Source of the DNA: Balanoglossus misakiensis
Lineage: Eukaryota > Animalia > Hemichordata
Direction of reading: 5' to 3'
Assembly (NCBI GenBank): GCA_040954595.2
Contig: CM082578.2
Location: 10,981,166-11,045,165, forward strand
Length of the DNA: 64,000 bases
Both the position numbers and the translations under genes were made by a program. Positions 14,364-26,269 of this stretch are shown here, in pieces. Position 1 is the first letter of the stretch. Every line of letters starts with the position of its first letter. A model generated the notes under the pieces. That model saw only the letters and a list, made by a program, of their open reading frames with translations. It was not told where the DNA came from and searched no databases.

Positions 14364-15062
14364 GCTGCGTGAACTAAAAATGATCATATACACAGCACAG
14401 CACCGGGTTTTTAGATAACATATCACTATCTCTCGGACACACGGGACTGTTAGTCACTATACTACCTGTATGTGGATGTATTGCACTGCGAAAATGTAAC
14501 ACGTACCTCAAGGGACCCCGTTAAGGACAAAACGCGATCGCCTGTAAGCTTACACCAAGTCCGCCAAGCTGAGAGCTGGAGACGATCATTCCACATACAT
14601 ATATAGCTTCATTCTGGTTCTCCAAAACGTCACAATATTTAGGCTACAAACAAATCAAATGAAGCGTTTTGAATTGCTCTATATATTAATCAGTTCAGAA
14701 TCAATGAATCGTATCCATCGTCGTTGATCAAGAGTTCGGTGTGATGCGCTGTCGCGTTGGTCCCGTTATCTTCTTATTTACCCGCGGGTTATGACGTAGA
14801 CTGGTGCATGCGCATCATTAGTCGATGGCCTTTCTGTCAAATTCGATTTTCAGTTTGTTATAAGCAAGTCATCGACGTCTAATAGAAAAAAGAAACATGA
14901 CTTCGGTGATGACAAAGCACATGACACACAGGAGTTTCATTAAGTGTTTTTGTGACATCAACTGGAATTTACGCTATTTAATGCCGATGTGTTCTTCCGT
15001 GGTGAGAGCGACGGATGGTAAAAGCAGAGTCACAGAATCGAAGCGCGATTACGTTAATGACG

Positions 15063-16286
15063 TCACCTCTCGTTCGTGTACTGGTATGCTTGTTGTCTCT
15101 CGTTGCTCAGCCACGTGCCTCGACCCTTGATGCAGCTGATCACTGTCAACAGGGACTTCCTCAGATTTCGATCGCACGTAAAGCAGATCAGCGGATTGAC
15201 GCACACCTGCAGGTACGTCAGCCAGGTCACCATGACGACGAACGTCTCGGAGAAACGGTGGTCCTCGACGAAGATTGCCACGTAATTGTAAATGGTGTAG
15301 GGCAGCCACAGCACTATGAAGGCCACCGTGATGATGTACATGGTTCGCGTGGTCTCCGACTCGCGCTTGAAGTGCGCCTGGAGGTGCGATCGGCGGGCGT
15401 ACTGCGAAAACCCGGTGAGCGTCGGTGGGGGCGGGCCATTGCCGGCGAAACCGGTCACCCAGTTGGCGGCGGCGCGCCCCGTTGCCCCGGGTCCGTAAAA
15501 CGTCCAGTTTGTGGAATTGGCCGGCTGGAAAGTCAGCGGACACATCTTGCGATGATTTCGGAGGAATATTAAAATCTTGAGGTACATCAAGTGGGTCAGG
15601 AAAACCGAAATGACGAACACCAGTATGAACCCCAGCGTGTCGTTCGACTTGTAGTAGCGGTGGTCGTAACTGCACTGGTACTCGCTGGTGACGTAGCTGT
15701 AACTCCCCAGTCCGAATATGGGAGGAAACGCCATTATTATGGCGAGCGCCCAGACCACCAGGATCACCAGCAGACAGGCCAGGAAAGTCATCTTCAGGCG
15801 GTGAAACTTGTGATACCTCAGAACGGCGTAGCGGCTTATGCCCAGAACAAAGAGCGTGAAGACCGAGCCGAAGGTCAGAAGCACGTTGAAGAATGCCACC
15901 ACCTGACACACGGCCTTGCTGTGCACCCAACTTCCGTGCGACACCGCCGAGGCGGTGAACGAGAGACAGTGCAAAGCCCGCAGAGCATCGGCCAGGGCGA
16001 TGTTCAGGAGAAAGTAAAATGGCGGGCGGTGGAGGCTTTTGTCCCGCACAACAATGCAGCACATGAGCCCATTGCCGCAGACGGACAGGAGGATAATCAC
16101 CACCACGGTGAAGGTCTTCAGCACCGACATGTCGCCGTGCGATGCGCTGAAGGCGGCTGCCGAGTCCACTTCCAAACTGCCGCCGCGCTCCATTCCGGCG
16201 CGGGCCGTCACCACCGCTGCTGTCGTGCACGTCGCCGCCGACGTTCCATTGTCGAATAGTTTGTCAGTCGTTGCATTCAACAGCAT
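15063..16286 (-). CDS. GPR85: SREB-family orphan class A GPCR (GPR85/GPR27/GPR173-like), single coding exon, 407 aa
   Basis: Seven hydrophobic segments. SREB-diagnostic motifs match recalled human GPR85: VRDKSLHRPPFYFLL, MAFPPIFGLGSYS, QCSYDHRYYKSNDTLGF, ICL3 NWTFYGPGATGRAAANWVTGF and GPPPPTL. SRY replaces DRY and NPLIC replaces NPxxY, as in SREBs. The symbol indicates the family; 1:1 orthology is not established. Confidence 0.93.
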   Translation of the reverse strand: MLLNATTDKLFDNGTSAATCTTAAVVTARAGMERGGSLEVDSAAAFSASHGDMSVLKTFTVVVIILLSVCGNGLMCCIVVRDKSLHRPPFYFLLNIALADALRALHCLSFTASAVSHGSWVHSKAVCQVVAFFNVLLTFGSVFTLFVLGISRYAVLRYHKFHRLKMTFLACLLVILVVWALAIIMAFPPIFGLGSYSYVTSEYQCSYDHRYYKSNDTLGFILVFVISVFLTHLMYLKILIFLRNHRKMCPLTFQPANSTNWTFYGPGATGRAAANWVTGFAGNGPPPPTLTGFSQYARRSHLQAHFKRESETTRTMYIITVAFIVLWLPYTIYNYVAIFVEDHRFSETFVVMVTWLTYLQVCVNPLICFTCDRNLRKSLLTVISCIKGRGTWLSNERQQAYQYTNER

Positions 16287-16442
16287 AATGACGGATCCCC
16301 TCGTTCAGCAGAGCCCCTTTCCATTCAACAACGGGGCAGCAAAAAAACCTCTGCGGTTATCACAGGTACTTGATGCCGCGCGCGATATCTCTCTACCTCA
16401 GAGTGTGTTCCGGCTTATCCCAAGACAAGATGTCATCAATAT

Positions 16443-17720
16443 CTAAACAGTACCGAAAAAAAAAAAAAAATAGAAAACGCGAGAATATTTCACATTATTG
16501 ACATACATTATAATTAACGGATGCAAGCGGCGCTTTAATATGGCCATTAGCTTCTGCGTAGGGGCGAACAGGAATTCAAGGCAGCACTGCGGGCTGTAGC
16601 CGAAGGAACCGTGCTCATTATTTGTTTTCTCTACTAACAATTTCCCTGCAGACGACCTCCAGAGCAAGCCTCCCCGCGAACGAATCGATACTGGGCATCG
16701 GGCGTAAACGGCATATTTTGCTTTCCATTGACCGTATCGCATTCAAATCTCCGGCGCTCCATTTTCATCTGACTAATGCGGGTTACATGCATTATTGTCC
16801 TCTGCGCCGCCGCTAATCAGTCGCGCACATCGGCGACGTGTAAAAACCTCCAAATCGGCTCGCCGTCAGATCCGGCGGACCTGGGATTTTGCTGTCATTA
16901 TCCGCCAGGCACGACGAATGCCATTTTTCGCTCCAAATTCCCCCCTCGTTCGCTGCCAGGGTAAATCCGTCTGCCGCGGTTTCGATCAAGCGTCTCGATC
17001 GGCAATCTCAGTGAAACACGAATTCAAATTTTACACTGATCGATAATAACATCATTATGGTCATTCTCCACTAATGGATGATGGGAATTCGGCATTGGTG
17101 GACGTTTTTCGTTCACTGGCCGCACGGCTGAACGCGAAAGAGGGCCCTGTTTTTTCTCTCCCCGGCAAAATTAAAGCTGTCTTTTAGACATAACAGCGAG
17201 GACGATAGGAAGACTGTCAGGCATATGGGCCTTATTGACTATTAAAGACAAAAACTGCAATGCCTTCCGTTGTTCATTATTCTATGCACGTCGAAGGTTG
17301 ACACTAGTCGGGGAATAAACAGCGGGGCTGCCAAACCTTTTTTTTTCTCCACTGTCAATGAGAAGTGACGAGATGAAAGCGAAAAGCTGACCATTTTCAT
17401 TATATATGTGTGACCGATCTGCTGCCGAGGAAATTTATTCTCAATTTTGATTACATCAGCGCAGAGGCTCGGGATGTAAATTTCCTGTGGATGGACCGCT
17501 ATCGATAAACAGCACACTCCGTCGCATCCGGCCTTTTCCCCTGTATATTCAAACGAATCTCTAAACCGCTCAGAAAAAAATTAAAAACTGCCGATTTTGA
17601 CGCGAGCGTTCTGTGAGTTAACCCTGCAAAGCAGTCATTATTGTGAAAGGAAATTCGCTTCGGTGTTCAATTCTGTCGACTGAAGGTCACGCGAACAATT
17701 TCACTGATGTGGAGACTTAC
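16443..17720 (-). other. Probable intron in the SREB 5' UTR
   Basis: Minus-strand donor ccacg|gtaagt at 17720. T-rich acceptor ttttttcggtactgtttag| at 16443, 156 nt upstream of the ATG. Confidence 0.55.
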
Positions 17721-19089
17721 CGTGGCGACACAGACGATTCCTCCCCCATCGATGGCAATAACCATCGCTGCGAAACACTCATAGCGGAGTGTGGGCTAAT
17801 GCCGACGACGCCATGGTCCTACGAAGTGTCAGCGGCACCATTGGCCCCCGTCGATAGTTCTCCCGAAGAAAAAACGCGATGGGTTTTGACGCTCCTTTCT
17901 CTTTTTGATATCAGCCTAGGCAGGCAGGCAGGCAGACATGTTATTCTTTCCATGGACATCCTCCGCTAACAGATCATAAAAGAGAAACTGGGGATTACCA
18001 GTGCGCAGTCGCAAATCTTTTGTCGCTGCATCTGTTAAAAAAAAAAGCCAGCAGCAGCGGCGGTCAGCTAAATGGCACCGTTAGAGGGCGACGTTACAAT
18101 TATCCCATTCAAGTCGGCTCCCTTTCTTCACACCACCTGGGGTGGAGTCTGGACAGCTGTGCGACCCGCCATCGAACTGGATACGCTTTACTTTTTATCG
18201 CAGACAATATAGCAATGAATACGCCCGATTTATGCTGTATGTCAGCCACATGCTTTACTGGTGATGAGATTCATATTTTTCAATTAAACACAAAAAGACC
18301 ACTTTCAACATGAATCGTCTCCCAAGTCGAACGAGTATCTAAGGAAAAAGAAAGATTTCAGCATAACGCATTTTACTCTATAACTTTGTCATTATTTCAT
18401 GTTAAACTACCTTTCCGGGTAAAACATTCCAAGAGTAGCATGCAGCAGGACGTACCACAATCGGAATCTCACACCGAATAACGGACGTGACACGGTCATT
18501 TCGATGACCTCTCCGGTGTCAGATCTTGGAGTTTCTTTTGTTGATCATGTCGTGACGGGATCTCTACATATCTGTATGTCAGTTTAATTTGTCGACAGTG
18601 GATCGGTATGCAAAAGTAAAACCGATTGCTGGAAACATGCTTTCATTTGGTCGGATGCTTTCATAATATTCTGACAAAGGGGAGTAAAGGAAATGAAGCT
18701 ATTCGCGAAATGTGGCCAAGAATTTCGGCTTCATTGATCCTTCCTCTACGTTTGAAATGTATTGCTGTGAAACTGTAAACACAGTACGCGCATGTGCACA
18801 CCCTTTCAATCAGGTAGCCCTTTTTGCCGCAATTTTATTGGGAAATAAGATGTACATCACTGATTTGGCGCAGACAAATGTGAGACTTCGAAACACTGGA
18901 AGAGGTGAAAAAGTTTTCATGTACAATACCTTACGTTTCTTATAATGTTAGTCATATTTCTTTTAATATACTTAAATGTATACAAGTATGACTGAAGCTA
19001 CCATTGGATCCCTTGTGTAAATCCTCTCTTTTTCCCTTCTAAATTTACCACTATGGGCGGACGAAAACAGTCAAAGACAGAGAAATCAG

Positions 19090-19198
19090 CCCTTTCACCA
19101 CCATTTCCCATGGTATGTGGGTTCAACAACACCACTGAAAAAGGGGGAGATCGAAATGAACTATGGGGTGTAAGGGTTACATGAGTTGTGTGAAAGGG
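19090..19198. mobile_element. Short MITE-like inverted-repeat element
   Basis: Termini ccctttcac...gtgaaaggg; internal ccacca and ggggtg similar to 28553-28641. Confidence 0.4.
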
Positions 19199-21195
19199 TT
19201 ATTAATGGTCTGAAAAGTCAGTATGGTTGCAACTGCTGTATAACACTACAAACAATGCGTGAGTTAAAAACAGCTGAAAAGGAAAACACTCTTGAAAGAA
19301 AACTAAAGCCCCTCTGAGGGAGTTTCTACTTCAGAATAGCAAAATTTTCAGGCTGGGAACCTTTCGAGTGATTTTTCCCCAATTAATTTTCAATAAATTC
19401 TTGATTTTTTAAAACATGTCTCTTCCAGAATAGTAATACAAAAGCAAATACTTTCCAGAGAGAAGCCAACTTTTAACTCATTCACCTCGGAAGAGGGGGG
19501 GGGGGGTTAAATTCTTGCATGCCATGCCATACAGTGTAGGTCACCGGGGCAGGATTCGATGGGTTAAATTACATGTTTAACAATAGTACGTGAATTTCAT
19601 TCGAAAAAAGTGGAACATACATGTACTAGGACTGGTCATGGAGGTAGACGCAAGCTTCTGCCTCCATGATCTGGTAAAGTAATGCATACGTTTTAGAGAA
19701 GGAATGACAACTTCATATACTGTCCACGTGCAAATGGGTCACAGCAGATCGCACAGATTATTGGTCTCATTTCTGTAAATAAACCACTACACATGTCTTT
19801 CTCCAGGTGCTACAGCTGGTAGCAGCATTGCTCTCGGTACATCACCCGGACTGGTGTTATCAGTTCAAATCTGACATGACCAGATTTATATTCAGTCTGT
19901 TCGATGACTTACTAGCGTCAAGTAGTGGTAACTGGTACGGCCGGTGTTACAGTGAGAAGCTGCCACTTTTGTTTTGTGGTGGCATATTACGGCCTCAGCT
20001 CTTCTGACAATTATTAAACCATCCACCGGAGTCACTCGTCTGTAGCACGGTATTGTTTGATTCTACCCACAGTAGGCCAGTGTACGTGTACACGGTTTTA
20101 CTTCCGGGTTCAAAGCGAAGCACCGCCACTCGATGAAGTTGAGTACGTGTTCTGGAATCTGCACGGGCTGACGGAGGTGTTCTTATGTCTACGAATAGCG
20201 GAAAATTATCTCTTTGGCGGGTACAGAAACTAAGTTACTGAGTAGGTGGGCGTTGGTATTCGTCGAACTTACGCCCTCCGTGGTGAGGCTGGCAGCAGTT
20301 GACACTATATGAAGTTGTTTCGCTACTGCATTTTCTTCGTTTCTACAAAATATTTTAAAAAGTGTCTGACTAAACTCTGTATCAAGACTTGATCATCATC
20401 ATTTTCATTACACAGCTTTCTCTCGCTCTCTCTCTGTTATCGGTCAAAAAATATAAACCTGTCCATGGTGGCAGCCATATTGGATGTACGGTAGTGGTAT
20501 CACTGCTGCCCGCCGCCCGACCTCTTTCTTGCATATGCACCTAGGCACGCGAATATACCGAGAATTCCAATAGTAAGGCCGATGATCAAGGCAATGGCGT
20601 CTCCTGCATCAAATGCCGATACCACTGGGAGACAAAGAGTCAGATATATGAGAACAAACTGCCAGAACTCTGCCATCTTTGCGTCGTATCCACTTCTACG
20701 GGAGGATTACCACGTACTGCATGAACTTCACGTGATACAAAATATCAAGTCATGTGACGGCGCTGCGCTGACCTCACGCTGTTGGCACATCCTATTATTA
20801 CCATAGGGGTGTGAAACTTTCATGGCGCTTGAACAATCATAACTTATATTTCTTCTTTTTTAATTCTCTGACTAGTGTTGTTTGCGCCTTGTATATACAG
20901 TGAATTACCAATTTGTGGTTACAGAGCTGTATATGTGGGGGAAATTATAGCTGTACAGAATAAACGCATTAAGACTGTCAGGAGAAAAGAATAGGCAATC
21001 GTGGGCTGAAGCACGAAAACTTTTTGTGCTATCTAAAGTTTATCAGAGCTGTTCTCCCCGAACGATTTTGCAATGTTGTGCAATGCATTGTGAAGTACAC
21101 AGTGAAGTCCGCCATCACCTGACGGGAGAATGACGTAAATTGTTTTCATCACGTGACTTGATCGAAGGTTGTTGCTGCTGCTGACTGCCAACATA

Positions 21196-21350
21196 ATGGC
21201 GGCCACTGCATCGACACTCGGGAAAATCCAGCCTTCGGATTTGACTGCGTCTGAACCCGGCGAACTATCACACAGCACGATCGCTGAAATAAATGATACC
21301 GATAAATCTGGTGTGCCCCTAAATACTCCATGGACTTTCTGGCTCGATAG
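21196..21350 (+). CDS. EIF4E3: eIF4E3 coding exon 1 (MAATAS...PWTFWLD-R)
   Basis: ATG in ataATGG context; donor ag|gtgagt at 21351. Confidence 0.9.
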
Positions 21351-24300
21351 GTGAGTGAAATCCCGCCACTTCCTGAACGGTGCTGTGTTCTCGATCGAGC
21401 TCGAGTGTCACACATCAGCTGGCCTGTCAATGTTTTGTGTCACATAACAATGACGCTCAAGTCTAGAAAAATGCACAAACGTCTTTCAAGCTATCATCCC
21501 GTATAAGACACTTAATGAAATAAACCCCGCTCCATTTGTACAGATCACTGACATGGTTAGTGTCGGATTAGGTAAAGTGATCAATTTGAAAATTTCAAAC
21601 CGGCGATATTTTCATGCAATTGGGGCGGAACGAACACAGGGACAACCAGGATGGACCCCAGTGGCTAGGTCCGATGTATGTCGGCATCGGGACCTTTCGT
21701 CAGGATGCGGTCAGTCATCGCTGACGTTTGTATCTGGCCGCCATTTAACAATATGAAACTACATAATAGCACATTCTTACTTTCACGATTTTAATTTCTT
21801 AAGCAAAAACTGTCAACACTGTCACCCATTGTTGCATCTCGCGATGAAGTGTAACCTGGTCTCATCCCTCCATTGATATTATTGAATCAAATACTGTTAA
21901 TACTAGTCACGACTGAAGAATTCGGCATACGAAATTTGACCAGGAGTGATTTACGGAGATGAAATCATGAACACTTCAGAAGACGTCATCTACCCTGAAT
22001 GGTGGGACGTTCCCTTTAATCATATAGAGGTCTTTCAGTTTGGAGACAAAGGAACCCTGGCAGTCATCATGAGGACTGCAGTGTGTTCTTGGAAAAGAAT
22101 GACGAATAATGAGAATGAAAGTGTCTTTTGGCCTTAATGTTTATGCCCTAGTAACCGACTTATGAAAGGTTGTATTAAGGATCTGTCAAGGTCATATAAA
22201 AATGTCAATTCAACAATATTGTGGCTAGCCTGAAAAGGTAAATGATACCAGTAACCTGGTTGGGGATTTCCCCTTGTCATTTCACAAGAATTCCCCCATG
22301 ACGCAATTAGTTCCTGTTGTTCAAAGAAGGCGAAGATGCCACAATCCAATATGGCACATGCAAAAAATATGTTACAACTGGGCTTTTTGTAACAAATGTA
22401 CAAATGTCATGTATAACCCAGAAAAAAATAAACCAACAAATTAATTTTAATAACTAATTTGTCTTTGGAACAGTGACACGTTCAGCTAGAAAATGGTATG
22501 ATACATACATGTTCTATTAATAGCATATTGCATACCTGCTTAGGATCAAAAAGGTTGCTGGACTATGTGGTCCCTGTCCCAGTAATATACATACAATGTA
22601 GCCAGTTGGTGGCAATTCATTTGCATATTTAATGAACTAAATAATATTTAATTGTAATCAGTATCTGAGTGGCCATTGCCAATTAAATTGACCTTGGACT
22701 TTATTTTGTGACATGGCCGTGTTTGTTTCTACGGATGGAGCTTTGGTCAGGTGAATAGAGCATGTACCATGCATTCTGCATGTCTCTATCTGGGGACCCA
22801 GTACATGTAATGGTTTGGATGAGCCACTTCCCTTAGAAATACACTCCGTTTTGTTGTTCTTTTGCCAGCCACATCATGTAAATAGCCAGGCAGTGTCCAC
22901 CCCAAATTGATTGCAACACTGCTCTAGTGTTGCTGACTAATGCCATTGTTTACGACCTTTGACCCAGGTCAGAAGGTTGACCTCAAGGTTAGCGTGATGA
23001 AAAGATACCCATGTACTTCACATTGTTGTAGCCATGATGACACTGTTATGAGTATTCACTGAGTAGTCTAAATACATATATCATAATGTGTGCGTCCAAA
23101 ATAATGAAGCTATGAATGCCATATTTCCTATATTTCTTCCCTGTTCATTTGCTGCACGGATTTAAAAGGAATCTCACTGGGACATCCTACAAAATGTAGC
23201 TTACTTGTGAGGGGTGTTAGTGAGTTCTGCTGGGCACCCCATGCCGAAATGCCCTTGGGGTGTACAAACTGCCTGAATGGGACAGAATGGCACTGTGTCC
23301 CCCAATTTTTGGCGTTGAAGACACTGTGGGAGAAACTGAGCTTTAATCAAGAGTCCTACATTTATAATTGTGGTGTCTCATGTCTGAACTAAATTTCATC
23401 GCATGATATCTACATGCTGTCTCTCACAATGACACCAAGGTACACACTGCAACTTGAGCCAGTGTGACCTTGTCTGACCTTGCATTCCTGTGACCCCACC
23501 TGAACCTGTAGAATGTATCAACATTGATTGATAGATATAATGAAAACATGTCGATCTGCAGCTAATATTGTATAGTGTACACCACAGGTTTATGAACATT
23601 AACACGTATTGATGGCCACATGGATGAAATGATGTGACATCGGGTCCCTGATGATGATTTACAGTGTTGTCAGGAACAGAGGACCTGGCTTATTTCGCAC
23701 AATTAAGCCAGAAGAAAAAAATACATCTTTGTTTACAATCTCTCTGTTATTTTCGGTTCATGTACTACCTATCACTCATTTCAGTTGTACTCGAAAACAA
23801 CACGACATCTGGAATGTGTTCATCTACACAGTTTGACCAAAACATCAATTATTTCTCATCGGAAGGCTGTGTTTTGGGGGCTTGAGGGAGAGACTACAGC
23901 TTATAATTGTAAATGTGATGATTAATTATTTAAAATGTGCAGGTGGTGCGGAGAGAGAGTGAGAAGTTTGATTGATCAGACCTTGCCCGAAGATAGAGAT
24001 GACATTTAGGTGTTATCATTTTCAGCAAACCTCGAGATCCGTTTCGTGTACATGTATAATGCATTTGCTGTTTACATGATGTACATGTACATACAGGTGT
24101 ATAGGGAAGAAATGCATTCATGTACACACCATCTTCAGGAGTGAAAATGCACTGTGGAAAAAAACACAGACTTCTGATTGAGCGGGAGTAGTTCGTATTA
24201 CGTCATTGCTGTCCACATGATTCAGTGGTAACAGCTGACTGCAACCTTTGCTGAATTTTCACAGTGTTACTGATATAAACTGCAAGTTTTCAGGTTTATG

Positions 24301-26269
24301 TGGTTTGCTCATCCTGTTTGACTTCTGTTTGTACGCAGGTCAGTCCGTGGTGCCACTGCTGCAGAATATGAAGCTAACCTGAAAAAGATTTACACAGTAC
24401 AGTCAGTTGAGGTGAGCTAAATTGTCTTGTCAAGAAGTCTTGTGACTGACTGACTGGATGGCTGGCTCTATATCATGATCTCATTTCCAACGTTACCCAT
24501 GATTCAAGTTGGCACCCTGACATTCATATGTGTTGCGTGCACATCATGTGATTGCTCGCTTACAAAGTGATTGGTCAGAAGATTTGGCTTTATGTGCCAG
24601 TTTGTAAATTTCCCACATAAATTTTTTCCCGAAGTAATAATTTTTAACCATTTTTTTCCAGAGTTTTTGGAGTGTGTACAACAACATTCCAGACATCCTT
24701 GAAGTGCCCGTTCGGTATAGCTACCATCTAATGCGAGATACACGCAAACCTCTATGGTAATTCTGCCTCATATATTTAGTCCTTTGTAAAGTATAGAACT
24801 GTTTATTACACTGCTGTGTGAAGGGAAGCAGCATTGCCGACAAATACCTATCAAGCAGAACTTGTGAATGTTTCAATATTAGAAAAGTGAGGTAGAACAC
24901 AATCAATGACCAATGTCTACTGTATAACTACATGTAGCTGCAGATGTTGACGCAGACAATTTATTTTAACAACACAAAAAATGTGCGGTCTTGTCCGTTT
25001 GTAGGAAACTTTGACACACACATGTTATTGTTAAATCTGTTTATTTTTTCACATTTTTTTCTGTTTCTTCACTAGGGAAGAACCCTGCAATGCCAATGGT
25101 GGGTATTGGAAGATGAAAGTTTGGCAGTCAGACACGGTGAGTGCGGTGCCACGCATGCGTGTATTTTTTCTCACAACCCAATACATGTATTACACTGCCG
25201 ATGAAAAATAATGGACAACATGATTCCTTGTGTCAGTTTTACACAGATGACTTGTAATGTCTATTACATAGCAATTTACAACCATACCCAATGAGGTGAA
25301 ACCAACACCGTAAATATGAAGATGCATCGCTTTTATCTGATCTAGTTAATTAGCCGCCGTCCCATGACTCTTTGAAAATAAAAATGCTTTTCGTAAACAA
25401 GCCTGTGAAAATGCATCCATGCAGAAATATTGATGTAAGCTTGGATGCCATGATCGGAGCTGTTTATGTTTTATAATACTGGTCCTTCACTTATTTTTTT
25501 TTCAGTCGACTCTCTGGAAAGAACTGTTGTTAGCTGTAATTGGTGAACAATTTGCTGATGATGTGGAAAAAGGTATACATGATAACATAGCATCCACACT
25601 GCATGTATCAGTTACCATGTTGTGACCTTTGTAACTAAATCATCAAGAGCTGATATATTATATTATAAGCAATTCTTAATCCAAACGACTTCTGTTTCCA
25701 TCCTTTATATTACTAGGGGATGAAATCTGTGGACTCAGTGTCAGTAAACGAGATCGGGATGACATTGTACAGATATGGAATGTCAACGCCCTTCTAGGTC
25801 CAAAAGCCAGAGTGATGGAGAAAGTGAGGACGTTACTTCCCGATGTTAAGATTATTACACAGTTCTATAAATGTAAGTTCTCATTTTGTTATCGTAAAAA
25901 AAAAATTATCATACTTACAGAGAAACCGTTTGTTGAATCTCATGAAATGTTTAGTGTTTTACTAGTGTCTGCCTCTGGCTAAAACCTAGCACGCTTAATT
26001 GGTTCAATTATTATGCTGGATGATGTGTGTAAAAATTGCACAGGGGTGATATAAATACATGAAGTACTAGACCTTACACTCTCAGATGAGAAGCATTAAA
26101 CACTTATCGTATCAGAGTGGCTCAGCTCTGTCATAAGCATAATATTTGTCAAACTCTTCGTTTTTCTTTGAAATGCAACACACTATGTTAATTAACATGT
26201 TGTCTATTTCTTTTCCTTTTTCTCGCAGCACATCAAACGCACTTTGCCTTTGAAGGAGAAAAGAAATAG
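21196..26269 (+). CDS. EIF4E3: Class III eIF4E (eIF4E3), 215 aa; join(21196..21350,24339..24411,24662..24756,25076..25136,25506..25572,25717..25872,26229..26269)
   Basis: Seven exons with GT-AG ends and compatible phases (648 nt). The translation [48 protein letters not shown]...[27 protein letters not shown]...[13 protein letters not shown]...VQIWNVNA...[16 protein letters not shown] aligns throughout with recalled human eIF4E3. Confidence 0.96.
24339..24411 (+). CDS. EIF4E3: eIF4E3 coding exon 2 ([24 protein letters not shown])
   Basis: Acceptor gcag|, donor |gtgagc; phase 2 to 0. Confidence 0.93.
24662..24756 (+). CDS. EIF4E3: eIF4E3 coding exon 3 ([10 protein letters not shown]...[12 protein letters not shown])
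   Basis: Acceptor ttttccag|, donor |gtaatt. Confidence 0.93.
25076..25136 (+). CDS. EIF4E3: eIF4E3 coding exon 4 ([20 protein letters not shown])
   Basis: Acceptor cactag|, donor |gtgagt. Confidence 0.93.
25506..25572 (+). CDS. EIF4E3: eIF4E3 coding exon 5 ([22 protein letters not shown])
   Basis: Acceptor tttttcag|, donor |gtatac. Confidence 0.93.
25717..25872 (+). CDS. EIF4E3: eIF4E3 coding exon 6 ([24 protein letters not shown]...FYK)
   Basis: Acceptor tactag|, donor |gtaagt. Confidence 0.93.
26229..26269 (+). CDS. EIF4E3: eIF4E3 coding exon 7 ([12 protein letters not shown])
   Basis: Acceptor ctcgcag|; matches the HEEHHAFEG end of human eIF4E3; TAG stop. Confidence 0.92.

Noticed and set aside
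15049-16230. 393-codon same-strand alternative-frame ORF overlapping SREB
   Set aside because: It starts at GTG and has no internal Met. Its codons begin at the third position of a GC3-rich CDS, so stops are depleted by composition.
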